The notes: generated by a model from the sequence alone, not told the origin. A DNA stretch of 64,000 nt from Gracilinanus agilis (GCF_016433145.1 NC_058131.1:405326875-405390874); one strand, 5' to 3'; positions 35,901-47,864 are shown, counted from the first letter of the stretch. Program-made: numbers and translations.

Positions 35901-37292
35901 GAGGAAGGAGAGATGGAATGCCAAATTCAAGAAACAGCCAATGGTACTGTTTGACTGGAATGAAAAGTATGTATATTAAGAGAAGGAATGTGAAAAAATA
36001 CTGGAAAAAGAAGCTGGAGCCAGGTTTTGGAAAGTCTTGAATATCAGTGTTTAGAAGAGTGCCTGGCCCATAAATTATGAGCCTGAGTGACTAGGAATAT
36101 GGTAGTGCCCTTAACAGAAATAAGAAAGTTTGGAGTCATAGTTTAGGATGAAGACCATGAGTTTGATTTTGAACACATGCATTTTGAAATTTTAATTGAA
36201 TATCTGAATGGAGATGCTTGATATGTAGGCATGCTGGGAAGAGATTAGGGCTTTGTGAGTAGATCTGAGAGTTATTTCAAAGAGGTGATAATTGAACTCA
36301 TAGTGGTAGATGAGATCTCCAAGGAGAGAATGTAGGGAAAAAAGAGGGCTCTTGTTTTCTGGTATTGATATGGAGGAGAATGCAGTAAAGGAGACTGAGA
36401 AGAAGCATTCAGAAGTGTAAGAAGCCTGGGAGAGAGCCTTTTCACAGAAGCCACATGGAAGAGGGAGTAGTAACAGTGTTGAGAAATTGAAAGGTCAAGA
36501 AAGATGTGGGTTGATGAAAAGGCCATTAGATTTCCCAGCCAAGAGATCCTTACTAAGCTTGGTGACTATAGATTCACTAGAATGGTAGAGTTGAAAGCTA
36601 GATTGCAAGGGTGTAGGACATAAGTGGGTGGCAAGGAAATGGAACTAGATGGAGCAATTAGATGGCTTGGGTGGATGTCAGGAAGACCTGTATTCAGATC
36701 TGACTTCAGAAACTGACTATGTAACCTTGGAAAAGTTACTTAACCTCTGTATGCTTAGGAAGCATACATTTAGATGGCCCAGTGGATAGAGTACTGGGCC
36801 TGGAGTCAGGAAGACCTGAGTTTAAATCTAATCTCAAACACTTACTAGCTGTGTGATCCTGGGCAAGTCACTTAACTTCTCTTTGCCTTATTCCACTGGA
36901 GAAGGAAATGGCAAACCACTTCAGTATTTTTGCCAAGTAAACCCCAAGATGGTCCATGGTCATGAAGAGTAGGACACAACTGCATGAGTAAACAATAACA
37001 AGGAAATGATTCTAGATTACTCTTTCCTGGAGTTTGGCAATAAAAAGTGACCAAAGTTGGGAGTATGGAGCTGACTTTTGTCCCCTGTGGTCCAAATATG
37101 ATCACTTATTCCTTCTCCTTTTCTCCCGCCTTTTCCCAGGAACTATGTGAACCCCAGAGCTATTGCCCAATGCATCACCAAGATCATAAGGCTGAACTGT
37201 TAAGGTGCCGCAGCCAAAGCAAAGCATGGATGGGAGATCGGCAGCTCCAGGAACAAATTGCTTGCCTCATGAAGAATGTGAGCTCAAGCTGA
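14784..37292 (+). CDS. CDC25C: M-phase inducer phosphatase 3 (Cdc25C), 12 coding exons, 410 aa, lacking the equivalent of human exon 8
   Basis: Exons 14784-14944, 18821-18915, 20023-20068, 22074-22107, 22241-22330, 24667-24810, 32553-32654, 33283-33345, 34172-34270, 34714-34847, 35230-35341, 37140-37292. All GT-AG and phase-consistent, 1233 nt. Rhodanese-fold catalytic motif HCEFSSER, plus [10 protein letters not shown] and [11 protein letters not shown]. Confidence 0.96.
16202..16272 (-). pseudogene. Degenerate tRNA-Met(CAT)-derived sequence
   Basis: Minus strand GTCTTCTTGTGCAATAGGCAACACTTCAGCCTCATAAGCGGAAGGTCCTGATTTCAATCCTGGAAGGCGGC aligns with elongator tRNA-Met (TCAG.CTCATAA..GAAGGTC.TGAGTTCGA); the T-loop and acceptor stem are degraded. 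Confidence 0.65.
16676..17398 (-). mobile_element. Solo ERV LTR, antisense in CDC25C intron 2
   Basis: Minus strand runs (C)GTGATAATT...CCAATAAAAATCCCTTTTTATCCATTACA; flanked by duplicated (G)GAAG; AATAAA at 16697-16702. Confidence 0.75.
18821..18915 (+). CDS. CDC25C: CDC25C exon 3
   Basis: 95 nt, [11 protein letters not shown]...DET. Confidence 0.95.
20023..20068 (+). CDS. CDC25C: CDC25C exon 4
   Basis: 46 nt, [15 protein letters not shown]. Confidence 0.93.
20170..20337 (-). mobile_element. SINE (SINE1_Mdo-like)
   Basis: Reverse complement of the family consensus. Confidence 0.85.
20845..20960. repeat. 58-bp tandem duplication
   Basis: TTTATACAACTTGTCTGAACC...AAAATTGGGGGG begins at both 20845 and 20903. 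Confidence 0.9.
20990..21173 (-). mobile_element. SINE (SINE1_Mdo-like)
   Basis: Reverse complement of the family consensus. Confidence 0.85.
22074..22107 (+). CDS. CDC25C: CDC25C exon 5
   Basis: 34 nt, [11 protein letters not shown]; TTTGCAG / GTGAGT. Confidence 0.88.
22241..22330 (+). CDS. CDC25C: CDC25C exon 6
   Basis: 90 nt, EQLLCSTP...DKEN (KEN box). Confidence 0.95.
24667..24810 (+). CDS. CDC25C: CDC25C exon 7
   Basis: 144 nt, [18 protein letters not shown]...[13 protein letters not shown]. Confidence 0.93.
26250..26452 (+). mobile_element. SINE (SINE1_Mdo-like)
   Basis: A/B boxes and A-rich tail. Confidence 0.85.
27854..28640 (+). mobile_element. Probable solo ERV LTR in CDC25C intron 7
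   Basis: TG...CA ends with TAGTAC/TATTAC flanks; internal 53-bp direct repeat (28050-28102, 28556-28608). Confidence 0.6.
28647..29196 (+). mobile_element. L1 ORF2 3' fragment
   Basis: GAAATGCAAATCAAAACAACC...; decayed [19 protein letters not shown], typical of the L1 ORF2 C-terminus. Confidence 0.8.
29211..29412 (+). mobile_element. Young SINE inserted at the end of the L1 fragment
   Basis: TSD AAAAGTGAATGAATA on both sides. Confidence 0.9.
29441..29620 (+). mobile_element. SINE
   Basis: Family consensus match. Confidence 0.8.
29718..29901 (-). mobile_element. Young SINE, antisense
   Basis: Reverse complement of the consensus. Confidence 0.88.
31229..31432. mobile_element. Second copy of the same hAT MITE, opposite orientation
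   Basis: Reverse complement of 2978-3181; TIR GTTTGCCCATCACTG; 8-bp TSD GTCTAAAT / GTCTAAAC. Confidence 0.88.
32008..32131 (+). pseudogene. CDC25C: Decayed relic of CDC25C exon 8 (Ser216/NLS exon)
   Basis: Three successive frames read [10 protein letters not shown] / [14 protein letters not shown] / [19 protein letters not shown]|gtcaga, collinear with human VSRSGLYRSPSMPENLNRPRLKQVEK...KVKKKYFSGQGKLRK. It is 124 nt (not 3n), has no AG before the first codon, and contains in-frame stops. Confidence 0.75.
32553..32654 (+). CDS. CDC25C: CDC25C exon 9
   Basis: 102 nt, [12 protein letters not shown]...QLIGDFTK. Confidence 0.95.
32985..33189 (+). mobile_element. SINE upstream of CDC25C exon 10
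   Basis: A/B boxes, poly(A). Confidence 0.88.
33283..33345 (+). CDS. CDC25C: CDC25C exon 10
   Basis: 63 nt, [21 protein letters not shown]. Confidence 0.96.
33360..33552 (-). mobile_element. Young SINE downstream of CDC25C exon 10
   Basis: 15-bp TSD GGTAAATTTGTTTTT (33345-33359, 33553-33567). Confidence 0.92.
34172..34270 (+). CDS. CDC25C: CDC25C exon 11
   Basis: 99 nt, ...[21 protein letters not shown]. Confidence 0.97.
34714..34847 (+). CDS. CDC25C: CDC25C exon 12 (active site)
   Basis: 134 nt, GALNLY...[17 protein letters not shown]. Confidence 0.97.
35230..35341 (+). CDS. CDC25C: CDC25C exon 13
   Basis: 112 nt, [37 protein letters not shown]. Confidence 0.97.
36773..36999 (+). mobile_element. 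MAR1-type CORE-SINE with RTE-derived tail
   Basis: CORE sequence followed by GGAGAAGGAAATGGCAAACCACTTCAGTATTTTTGCCAAG and a CAA-repeat end. Confidence 0.75.
37140..37292 (+). CDS. CDC25C: CDC25C last coding exon
   Basis: [17 protein letters not shown]...SSS*. Confidence 0.96.
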   Translation, partial: ELCEPQSYCPMHHQDHKAELLRCRSQSKAWMGDRQLQEQIACLMKNVSSS

Positions 37293-37680
37293 GGAAAGAG
37301 CTGCCATCACAGTAGTTACTTGCTCATATCAGAGCTGACCCCCAGAGAGGAAATGGTGACTTCTATGGAAAAACAGACCAATGATTTACAGAAAAAATCA
37401 CTCAGCAGGCCAAAACATTTGACTGCCCAAGTCAAGTCAACCTGCATCCCAGAGAGAATAGGAGCTTTCTGTATGGAGCTGTGTCCTGAAAGCTTTTCAT
37501 CCTTGCTAGAGCTGCAAAGTTTCCAATAATCAAAGAGAATTCTTTCTTTCCCCTACTGTATGTCTTCTTTTTTAGCCAGCTTATCTCCTCTGCTTGAATT
37601 TCTTGCCATACTTGAGATGGTAAATCTTCTTTCTGAATTTCTTTCCATTCTATTCTCCCCCCATTAAAAAAAAATGGTAC

Positions 37681-37686
37681 AATAAA
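37681..37686 (+). terminator. Probable CDC25C polyadenylation signal
   Basis: First AATAAA after the stop codon, ~390 nt into the 3'UTR. Confidence 0.55.
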
Positions 37687-40600
37687 CATACAGAATGAGA
37701 AATGGGGCCTGATTATTTCATGTTCCCCATGGAGTAAGAACTGTCTCATTACTGGTGATGTCCAAGCAAGGATTTTAAACAACCATGTTATAACCATCTT
37801 CATTACCTACTACCTAAACCTTTGTTTAGTTCAGTGTGACCCATTTGGTAATGCTTTTTACCCCCAAAGCATGCTCTTGGCTCCTTACCTGATACCCAGT
37901 CTCAGAAAACAGTGTGACTTGAGTTATTGATAACTCACAATCAAATATACCCACAACTAAAAAAATCTTCTTAATATAGCCAAAGGTGACTCCCAATTCT
38001 TGACATGGTTCAGCAGAATGAGCTTCAAGAATTAGGTTGAGGGTTAATGAAACCGCAACTACCAAAAAATCAAAAACAACACAGAAGAGAACATTAGGCA
38101 AATTCAGAAGGAAATACAGACAAGCAGCGTAGTTTGAGTACTATTTAGTTAAATTTCATGTATACTTTTAAAAGAACTATAATAGAAATTCACAGTTTTA
38201 CATGCAATCTTTTTTCTGTTCATATATTTAAATGTTTGTTTCTTGATAAAGTAATTTTGTAAATGGAGCTCAGGGTAGGAATTTGAAATGACTAAAGAAC
38301 AAAAGAAAATGAGATGAAATTTATTTAAAAGGATTTCACATATCCTCCAGGCCAAGTGAAACCCAAAGAAGCCATTTCATAATAACCTGATAGAGCTATG
38401 TTCTAGTGACATGCTTTTATCAGCCCATAAGTGTTCATATATATATGAGTGAGAACCAAAGAAAATACAAGAAAAATCTTTTTTTTTTTGCCTAAACCTT
38501 TATCTCCCATCTTAGAATCAATACTGTATATTGGTTCCAAGGCAGAAGAGCAGTAAAGGCTAAGCAATGGGAGTTGAGTGTCTTGCCCAGGGACACACAG
38601 CTAGGAAGTATCTGAAGATTTGGACCCTGGAGGGACTTCCCATCACTAGGCCTGGCACTCAATCCACAGTCAGCTGCCTCCGCACAAGAAATAAGGACCA
38701 AAAAGTTCCACCAAAACAAAACCAAAGAGAAAAAACATCCCTGAAAACAATTCAACAATATACAAAAAAGTAGTTGCAGATATGTAAGCCAACTCTTCTG
38801 ATGTTACTGATTAATATGGCCTTCATTTATTTTAATCTTAACCAGGTAGCACCACTATCTCCACTACTGTATTTACAATGACTTTTGTTGCTGATTGATT
38901 TTAGAGAGAAATGAGACAAAACATTTTCTGGTTGTATTTTCTATCCCTTGCCATTTGGGTGATCTCAATAAAGCCCTGAATTATGTGACTAGAAAAGACC
39001 TTGAAATTCCATCAAACTTTGTGACTATAACTTTGACTGATGGGAATGTGAAAGAAGCACTAGTTACTCAGAACTGGAAATTCCATCCAATTTGACTAGC
39101 ATTTATTAAGTTCCTACTGTGTGCTGGACATTAAAGCTACAGATGAAAATGAATGTCCCTTTCCTTAAGAAACCTAGTCTCTGAGGAGTGGGATATAATA
39201 AGTAAATGGAAAATATATGCAAAGTCATTTGGAGAAATATTCCTTTGGAAACTGGAGGCTGAGTCGGAAAGGAAAAATGAGACATGACACCTCCATTAAT
39301 TCTAAGTTTCCTATCTTTGGATGATAATTTTTAAATTTTTATTAGTTTTTCCTCTTTTTTTTTTTTTTGGAGGTGTTTGTTGAGGATACTGACATTCTAT
39401 CTTGACTAGAAAGCTCAGTTTGTACTTTTTTTTTTAAATTTTTATTCTGAATATTTTCCCATAGTTACATATTTGATGTTGTTTCCCTCTCCCCCAAATC
39501 TCCCTACCCCCCCCCTTAACCGACTCCCAATTCCACTCAGTTTTACATTTCTATGGAAAAGGGGGAAATTTTTAAAAGGAGTTGAACGATGAGTAGCATG
39601 CTGGCTGCAGCTCCACAGCACATACTGTATTTTCAGAAAGGGAGTGTGACAAGGGCTTCTTACAGCAGAGGGCACTCTATGCTACCCTAAGTTAGCTAGC
39701 CTCTACTTAACACTGTACCCTAGCTACTAAAAAAGGGAGAGGGTACAACTTGCATCAGCTGCCCCTCCGAATCCCTCTTTGAGAACTCTTGCCCACTTGC
39801 TCTGGCACCCTCGTGTTTGTGTGCCCCCTCAGTACTGTGGCAAAGATCTTTAGGGGCCAAAGAATACCATATACTTAAGTTGGTCCTTTTAAACGTCAAG
39901 TAGAGGCATTTTATGTAACAATTCCCGCCTAATGGCTCAGTAGATGCTCTCCTGGAACCCTCCTCAGATAAAAGAGCTACCTTGAGGCAAAAATGTTGGA
40001 AATCTTCCCTAGGAAGGTAGCACCAATACAAGTGTGGCATGTTTTTGGTTTTTAATAAACCCTTACCTTCTGCCTTAGTATCAGTTCTAAGACAGAAGAG
40101 CAGCAAGGGCTAGGTAATTGGAGTCAAGGGACTTCGCCAGGGTCACATAGCTGGGAAGTATCAAAAGGTCAGATTTGAACTCAGGTCTTCTTGTGTTCTA
40201 TCCGTTTTGCTACCTAGCTGCTTCCAATGGTATTTTTTTTAAGTCAACCTATTAAATGAGAATTTGGATTCATAAATGTAGGTGGTTCTCTTTGCAAAAT
40301 TTTAAATAATAGCTTTTCCTCGGTATATATCAAATATGATTTGATTTACATGTAATTTTGTGGGAGTATCTTATTGAATAAAGTGAGTTCCACCTGAACT
40401 ATGCCATTATGAACTAGTATACATTCCTATGGTTCATGCTATTTTAGTACTAAGTAGGTTTTCCAGATGTGATTGTTACTCCTGGGGATTAGGTAGCTGG
40501 CCCCGTTTCGGGCAATGGCAGGGGTGTGTGTGAGGAGTCTTTGGGGAGATACTGTCTTAAAGGAAATCAGTCTGTAGGAATGGGAGAAAGTTTCAGATGG

Positions 40601-41642
40601 GCTCTGAGGTCCAATAGCCCTTCAGGTCCACATTGTACCAAGAATTGATAAATGATTAATAAAATGTGCTACACCACAGCTGAGTAGAGGCTGGGGGTGC
40701 TGCTGGAGAAGGAAAAAAACCAAAGCTTCTCTGTTGCCAAATACTACCCTAACTTAGACTAGGATTTGCTAGTTTGAAGTCAAGAGTAAAGGAATAAAGA
40801 TAGGGAGAACTGCTTCTTCCTCCCCTCAGCCTAGCATTCTCTGTTGGTTAGGGAGGAGGGGAAGAGCCCCTCAAGTGGAAGGGATCTCAAAGGTCATTTA
40901 GGACATCTCATTTTTTAAAAATTTAATTTAAAAAATGTTTTTCATGGTTACATGATTCATGTTCTCCCCCTCCTCTCTCTTCCCTCCCCCCTCTCAGAGC
41001 TGACAAGGAATTCCACTGGGTTATAGAAGTATTATTACTCAATAACTATTTCCATATTATTAATTTTTGTAATAGAGTAATCTTTTAAAACCAAAACCCC
41101 AAATCCTATACCCATACAAACAAGTGATAAATCATATGTTTTTCTTCTGCATTTCTACTCCCACAGTTCTTTCTCTGGATGTGGATAGTGTTCTCCAGAA
41201 CTGTCCTGGATCATTGCATTGCTTTTAGTAGCAAAGTCGATTACATTTGATCATAGGACATCTCATTTTGAAAAAAAAATTAATTCTAAGGAAATTATGT
41301 GACTTGCTCAAGGTCATGTCAGGAAGGAATCATCAGAAGGGAGATTTGAACCTAAGTCCTCTGACTTTAGAACCACCATTCTTTCTATTGTGTCATACTG
41401 CCTCCAACCAATGCCAGCTGAGATGTAACTAAAGGAAACCTAATCCTTTTAAATACTTGAACACATACATACAGAGAGACAGAGAGACAGAGAGAAAGGA
41501 CATCTAATAAGGGATGGTGCTGTAAATATTAAATGCTTTAGCTGACTGCCTTCTTTCTATTAAATTTACTTAAAAGTCAAGGTAAGGAAAATCAAGAGAA
41601 ATGACATGACATCAGCTATGCCCATTTAAAAGTATCTGTGTA

Positions 41643-41858
41643 GGGGGCATTTTGGGTGGCTCAGTGGATTAAGAGCCAGGCCTAGAGATGGGAGGTCCTG
41701 GGTTCAAATCTAGCCTCAGACACTTCCTAGCTGTGTGACCCTGGGCAAGTCACTTAATATCCCTATTGTCTAGTCTTTACCACTCTTCTGCCTTGGAACC
41801 AATACACAGTATTGATTCTAAGATGGAAGGTAAGGGTTTTAAACAAACAAATAAATAA
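41643..41858 (+). mobile_element. SINE (SINE1_Mdo-like)
   Basis: Consensus match with A-rich tail. Confidence 0.85.
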
Positions 41859-43871
41859 ATGGAAGTGTCTTTGTGGTTCTAAGACAGTATTACTGATGAT
41901 CAGTTCCCCCAAGTTACAAAGTAAACTCAAACATGGCAAAGCTAACAATAAGTGTCTTTATTATGAACACATACCACATCCTATTAGCATCATTTAAATG
42001 AGATTACCTAGTTTATTTTGGAATATTGTCATCATAGTTTCTCTTCAATACAAAGAACAATGGAGCATTTATTCTACCCTCCCTACATTATTTCTATGTA
42101 GTCAGAAGAAAAGGCGCTGAAAGACACTTCTCTAATGTAAATCACTGGAATGGAAAGAACTATTCTATTCTACTAGTCTATTCCTTTTTTTCTATCTCTA
42201 TACACAACTTTACCTGCTGGACAGATCCTTCTAAAAAGATCGTTGTCTATATTTCTACCAGTAATTTCCATTTATTTAATGACTACCACCACCTCTTTAA
42301 TAATCTATTCTAGTCCAACTCGTCTCAAGCTCAAAATTTTCCCATAAATCTAATCTACATTTCTTGCCACATAGAACCTATATCTCTGTAAAGGCTCAGA
42401 GAACTGAGTGACAGCTTCCTTTGAGTTAAAGAGACTTGAAAAAGGAAAGCTAATTTATTAAACTAGAGTTGTGAACTTGGAGTCAGGAAAGCTCTGGGTT
42501 TGAATTTCATTTCTGCAATTTACCAGCCAGGTACTTTGGGCAAGTCAGCCTGGCTCTCAATCCACTGAGCCACTTAGCTGCCCTGCTACTATTATTTTCA
42601 TAGAAACATCTCAACCAAATAAATAAGGAGCTCCCTCAATAATAACATTTTCATAGCCTTTCCTCTATCACAAATATTATTGTAATCTTAGAAATGAACA
42701 AGTCAAAGATAATCATTTGTCCAAGAGGCAGTTCAGGAACTGGAACCAAAGTCTCCTAACTCCCAATCCAGTGCTCCCCCCCCCCCCCCCCCGCCCATAT
42801 CATATTGCTCATTACTCCCCTCATTTTATTTCATATTATTTTTAAAACCTTACCTTATGTCTTAGAATGAGTACTAAGTATTGGATGTTACAGCAGAGCC
42901 GTAAGGACTAGGCAATTGAGGTTAAATGACTTACCCAGGTTGCACAGCTAGAAAGTATCTGAGACCATATTTTGAAACTAGGACCTCCCATCTCTAGGCC
43001 TGGCTCTCTACCCATTGAGCCACCTAGCTACCCCTCCCCCCCATTTTATAATGAAAGAGAGGTTCTGTGGATATACCTAAAGTTACATGACTAGTGTTAG
43101 AGCCAGGATTCCTGAGTGTCTCAACCTTCAAATAAAGGGGTCTCTCCTTTCATTCCATTCCAACTGCCTCCATTTCTTGGGGTCCTGGGGACAGAATTAG
43201 TGTAGTTTGATAAGAAAATGAGAAAACGAAATCATTTCAAGGGTGTAGAATTGGAAAGTCTGGCATTTGGTTTTAGGCACTTAATTTACCCCTCTCACAG
43301 CAAGTATACTTCCCAATGAATTCTAGATGTTGATATCAAGGAGGTAAGGAAAGGGCAATATCCCTTTAGAAATAAGCACGAGTAACAGTATTGCTAATGA
43401 GATAGCTGGAGGTCCACATTTTTCCCCCTACAGGAATAGCCCTTTGACTTTGAAGCTTGCAGCCACATTGAGCTACAAAGTTTCCCCACATCTCAGTTAA
43501 ATCAATTGAAAAAATGTACTAATTCTCCTCATCGGGTTAGTTAGCTTTGCATAGTGAACAATATTGAATTGCCACAAACTTATCCCTAAACCTCCATCAT
43601 CTCATAAATATATGTATTGGTTACAAAAGGGACCCAAGTGCAAACTTATCCTCTCTAATAATGATAGGTCAAGAGCATCATCTTTCTATAAAAGGGATGA
43701 CACATTATCTGCCAGGCATCCAAAAGATGTGGCTCCTTCCTTAATGGGTGGGAATAACTGCTGGCAATGTCACAAAGGATATCTAGCAAGGGATGGTGTT
43801 GCAATTATTAAACTTAGCTAGATGGAGTGTTTGTCTGAGCTTTCCCTTTCAGCCCATGGCACTGCTCACTT

Positions 43872-44075
43872 TTTTTTTTTTTAAACCCTTACCTTCTATC
43901 TTAGCACCAATACTGTGTATTGGTGCTAAGGCAGAAGGGTGGTAAGGACTAGGCAATGGGGGTCAAGTGACTTGCCCAGGGTCACACAGCTGGGAAGTGT
44001 CTGAGGCCAGATTTGAACCCAGGACCTCCCGTCTCTGGGCCTGGCTCTCAATCCACTGAGCCACCCAGCTGCCCC
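43872..44075 (-). mobile_element. Young SINE
   Basis: TSD CACTGCTCACTT / CACTGCTTACTT. Confidence 0.88.
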
Positions 44076-44670
44076 CACTGCTTACTTCATACTAAATCTC
44101 ATGCCTGCTAGAGCCCTAAAGATACTCTCACTCATTCTAAGGGCCCACACCAGGCACATATTCCTGGACCGTTCTCTGATTCAGAGAGACCAGCCTTATC
44201 TTCATTAGGTTATGGTGTAGCATTAAGCTAGATAGACCCACATTTTTGCCTATATATATATATATATACATACACATATATATCAATAGCACAGATGCTG
44301 GAACTTAAGGGACATACTGAACAAAAGTTCTTTTCCACTCAACTCTCCCATCCCCTAGATTTACTTGTGAGGAAGGGCAAAAAGTCTGGAGTTAAGTCAT
44401 AGTCAATCCCTATCTTTCTGAAGTCTTGGTCCTTGTCCTACACTTCTCAAGCATTTTTCCTTTTTAATGTTTTAATTTTTTCATCCATTTCTAGCAACAT
44501 GAAAGAGGAGTTGGCATCCTGGGTGAAACTTTCCCCAAGTCTCAGTGAAGGAAGACGCAAGGTTAGAGTAAACAAAGAGAAATGCGCCAAAAAAAAAAAA
44601 AAGGTGGGAAGCCAACTGTCTTTTTTTCTTTATGACCTTTTTGGGGGTCATTTTTATATCTTTCATTTCT

Positions 44671-44703
<33 letters not shown>

Positions 44704-45419
44704 CTTGCCTTGAAAGTACTTTAGTTTAGTTTTGTTCTTAGGCTTAACACAATTTTTGAAACAGCATATGCTACATTCTATACCCATAATCCCCCCCCCA
44801 GCCCCAGTGAAAGGAGAGAAATATAGATGTTTACTTTATTGGGTCTCTTTTTAATGCTGGCAGTGCAGACAGATAAAATGAAGCACAAACTCTATTTAAA
44901 GTGCATTAAAGCTTAGAAACTAGTGGCTAATGAGGGGTGGAAGGACACTGAGGCCACTGTCAGTCTTCTTCCTTATCTGGGGCCACATGTCTCCTTTTCG
45001 GCTTCATGAAGGGTGATTTACACCCCCACCTGGAATAGCTCTTTCTCTCTGGGCTGATTACATCAGCAAATGCCCCCAGAGGCCACTGCAAAATGGGAGT
45101 ATTCAGGCACAGCAGCTGATAAATCTCAGGGGTTTATATAGTGCCTCTCAATGCCCTCCCTCCTGGGCCTTCTGCCAAGCCTGCTGTTGTAGTAAAGGAG
45201 AGGAGGCTGAGGTGAAAAGGGGAGTGAATAGGGGTAGGGGGAAAAATCCTTGTTCCATCATCAGGACAAGGAAAGTCTTCTTTCCTTTTTGACTGTCCTG
45301 CTTATTTTACCACATTCTTTCATGGCATTCTTTAAGTGGGAAATTAGACTAGAAAACACAATAACTTTACCCCAAAACACCTAGCCTCCTGGAGTCAAGC
45401 AACATTATATGGCTAATGT

Positions 45420-45850
45420 ACTCTTTGTGGTGGCAAAAAATTGGAAATGAAGGTGAAACATTGTGGAACTATCCAATTTAATGGACTTTGCTACTAGCAG
45501 CAATACAACAAGCCAGGATACTTCTGAAGGACTTATGGGAAAGAATGCTAACCACCTGGAGAGAAAGAACTATGGGAGTAGAAATGCAAAAGCAAAGCAT
45601 ATGACATTACTTATCACATGTATATATGGGTATGCGATTTGGGGTTTAGGCCTTAAAAAAATCGCTCCTAACAAAAATGAATAATTTGGAAATAGGTATC
45701 AAGTGACGACATTTGTACAACCCAGTGGAATTGCTGGTTGGCTCTGGGAGGTAGGAGGGAAGAAGGGAGGGAAAGAAAATGAATCATGGAAACATGGAAA
45801 AATATTAAAAATAAAAAAGACATGTCAAAAATAAAATAAAATAAAATTTA
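45420..45850 (+). mobile_element. L1 3' end fragment
   Basis: CTCTTTGTGGTGGCAAAAAATTGG... through to an A-rich tail. Confidence 0.7.
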
Positions 45851-46504
45851 AGAGAAAAAAACAAACATTTTATGGCTAAGCTGCCCAATGGCTGCTATTC
45901 ATTCCATCTTCACTATGGACTAAGCAAGAGGAAGTGCAGATGATAGGTTAGAAATAAGGAAGAATTTTCCAGACTGTCATCAGTACCTTTGGCCTTCCTG
46001 CTTCCTCCAGTTGGGTCTTTGGTACTGAATTGTCCTCTGGGTCACAGAAACTGATAATATGCCAGGTGCCAAATTCTGTCTGATAGAGCAGAGGGAGCTG
46101 GGTTTCTACAGGTGCACATACACAATTGTAAACTGTGTAGGAAAAAAGGGCTCTGGGCTGGGAGTCAAGAGAACTAGGTTTCAAGTCTAACTTTCCAACC
46201 ATCAGGTAACAGGAGCTAAGTAACTTCACCTCTTAGGGCCCCAATTTTCCCATCTGCAAAATGGAGTCAATGATATAAAGAATCCTGTATCATCCCTTAG
46301 AATTGTTTTGAAGGTGAAAATGGAAAACAAAGATGTGTACTCTATGAAAAAGAGTTTTAGCCAGACCTGGAGTCAAGAGATCCTGGTTTCAAATGTGACC
46401 TCCAACACTTCCTAGCTGTGTGATCCTGGGCAAATCACTTAATCCCCCTTGTCTAGCTCTTACTGCTCTTCTGCCTTGGAACCAACACACAGTATTGACT
46501 TAAG

Positions 46505-47048
46505 AGAAGGAAAGAAGGAAGGAAGGAAGGAAGGAAGGAAGGAAGGAAGGAAGGAAGNNNNNNNNNNNNNNNNNNNNNNNNNNNNNNNNNNNNNNNNNNN
46601 NNNNNNNNNNNNNNNNNNNNNNNNNNNNNNNNNNNNNNNNNNNNNNNNNNNNNNNNNNNNNNNNNNNNNNNNNNNNNNNNNNNNNNNNNNNNNNNNNNNN
46701 NNNNNNNNNNNNNNNNNNNNNNNNNNNNNNNNNNNNNNNNNNNNNNNNNNNNNNNNNNNNNNNNNNNNNNNNNNNNNNNNNNNNNNNNNNNNNNNNNNNN
46801 NNNNNNNNNNNNNNNNNNNNNNNNNNNNNNNNNNNNNNNNNNNNNNNNNNNNNNNNNNNNNNNNNNNNNNNNNNNNNNNNNNNNNNNNNNNNNNNNNNNA
46901 GAAAGNNNNNNNNNNNNNNNNNNNNNNNNNNNNNNNNNNNNNNNNNNNNNNNNNNNNNNNNNNNNNNNNNNNNNNNNNNNNNNNNNNNNNNNNNNNNNNN
47001 NNNNNNNNNNNNNNNNNNNNNNNNNNNNNNNNNNNNNNNNNNNNNNNG
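46505..47048. repeat. (AAGG)n microsatellite running into an N gap (46558-47048, with an AGAAAG island at 46900-46905)
   Basis: Directly visible; the repeat grows from the tail of the SINE at ~46355-46505. Confidence 0.9.
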
Positions 47049-47678
47049 GTAGGGTGTTGATATTTAAAAAAAATTTTTTTTTCATTTTTAGTGCTTATCT
47101 TTGATATTTTCTAAGTGGCTAGGTTGATATAGGCGAGTAAGAAAGTGTTCTTTTCTTTGCACCCACTGGGTAATTTCTGCTCACCTGTAGGTTGTAGGCG
47201 GAGGCACCCAGATACCTGAGTCACACCGCCTTTCTCTAGAAGGGAACAGATATCTTCCTTCTTTGCCCCACTCCCTACCCCAGCTCCCCGGCCCCACCAA
47301 AAGTTTCCTAAATTAGGTCCTAAGGTAGAGACATGGAACCAAAAGAGGGTCTCCCACCCCACCGAATCTCTCCTTAGAGGAAATGTCCCAAACTTCTTCT
47401 TCCTGTGCACCTCTACCCCGCAGAAAATTCTTTTTTCTACCCACTTGCGGTCTAGTCTCAGAGCCTCCCTTCCTTCTCCCCGCCCCCAAATTCCCCAGGC
47501 AAACGAAGTAGGTTTGTATTAGTCCGTATTTATCTGCATGGGAGTTCTTGGGTGCGTGGCTGGAGTAGGGGGCTTAGTATGTAGGCGCTGCTCGGGGTGG
47601 AGAGAGGGGCGGAGGCTGAGGCGGCGCCTCAGAGCGACTCTCGACTCTTGGAGCGGGAAGGAGCGGGCTGGCGGGGCT

Positions 47679-47735
47679 GGACAGGGCAAGGCAGGACAGG
47701 GCAGGGCAGGGCAGGGCAGGGCTGGGCAGGGCAGG
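47679..47735 (+). repeat. (GGGCA)n pentanucleotide repeat
   Basis: About 11 imperfect units, ending ~60 nt upstream of the GFRA3 ATG. Confidence 0.9.
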
Positions 47736-47794
47736 ACGCACCGGGGCTGAGACAGGCACACTCGTGGAGCCAGATACGCCGTGCCTGCTGCACC

Positions 47795-47864
47795 ATGCCG
47801 CCGGGCGTCCTGCTGGTTCTGTTCGCTTTGTTGCTCCTGTCCCTGCTTTCTTTACTCCAAGCCG
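47795..47864 (+). CDS. GFRA3: GFRA3 exon 1 (signal peptide)
   Basis: CACCATG; MPPGVLLVLFALLLLSLLSLLQA; donor GTGAGT. Confidence 0.88.

Noticed and set aside
37800-46350. Short ORFs between CDC25C and GFRA3
   Set aside because: They overlap SINE, L1 and MIR fragments, lack a splice-consistent chain and show no recognisable protein motif.
46449-47085. 203-aa and 210-aa ORFs
   Set aside because: Artefacts of the (AAGG)n repeat and the N gap.
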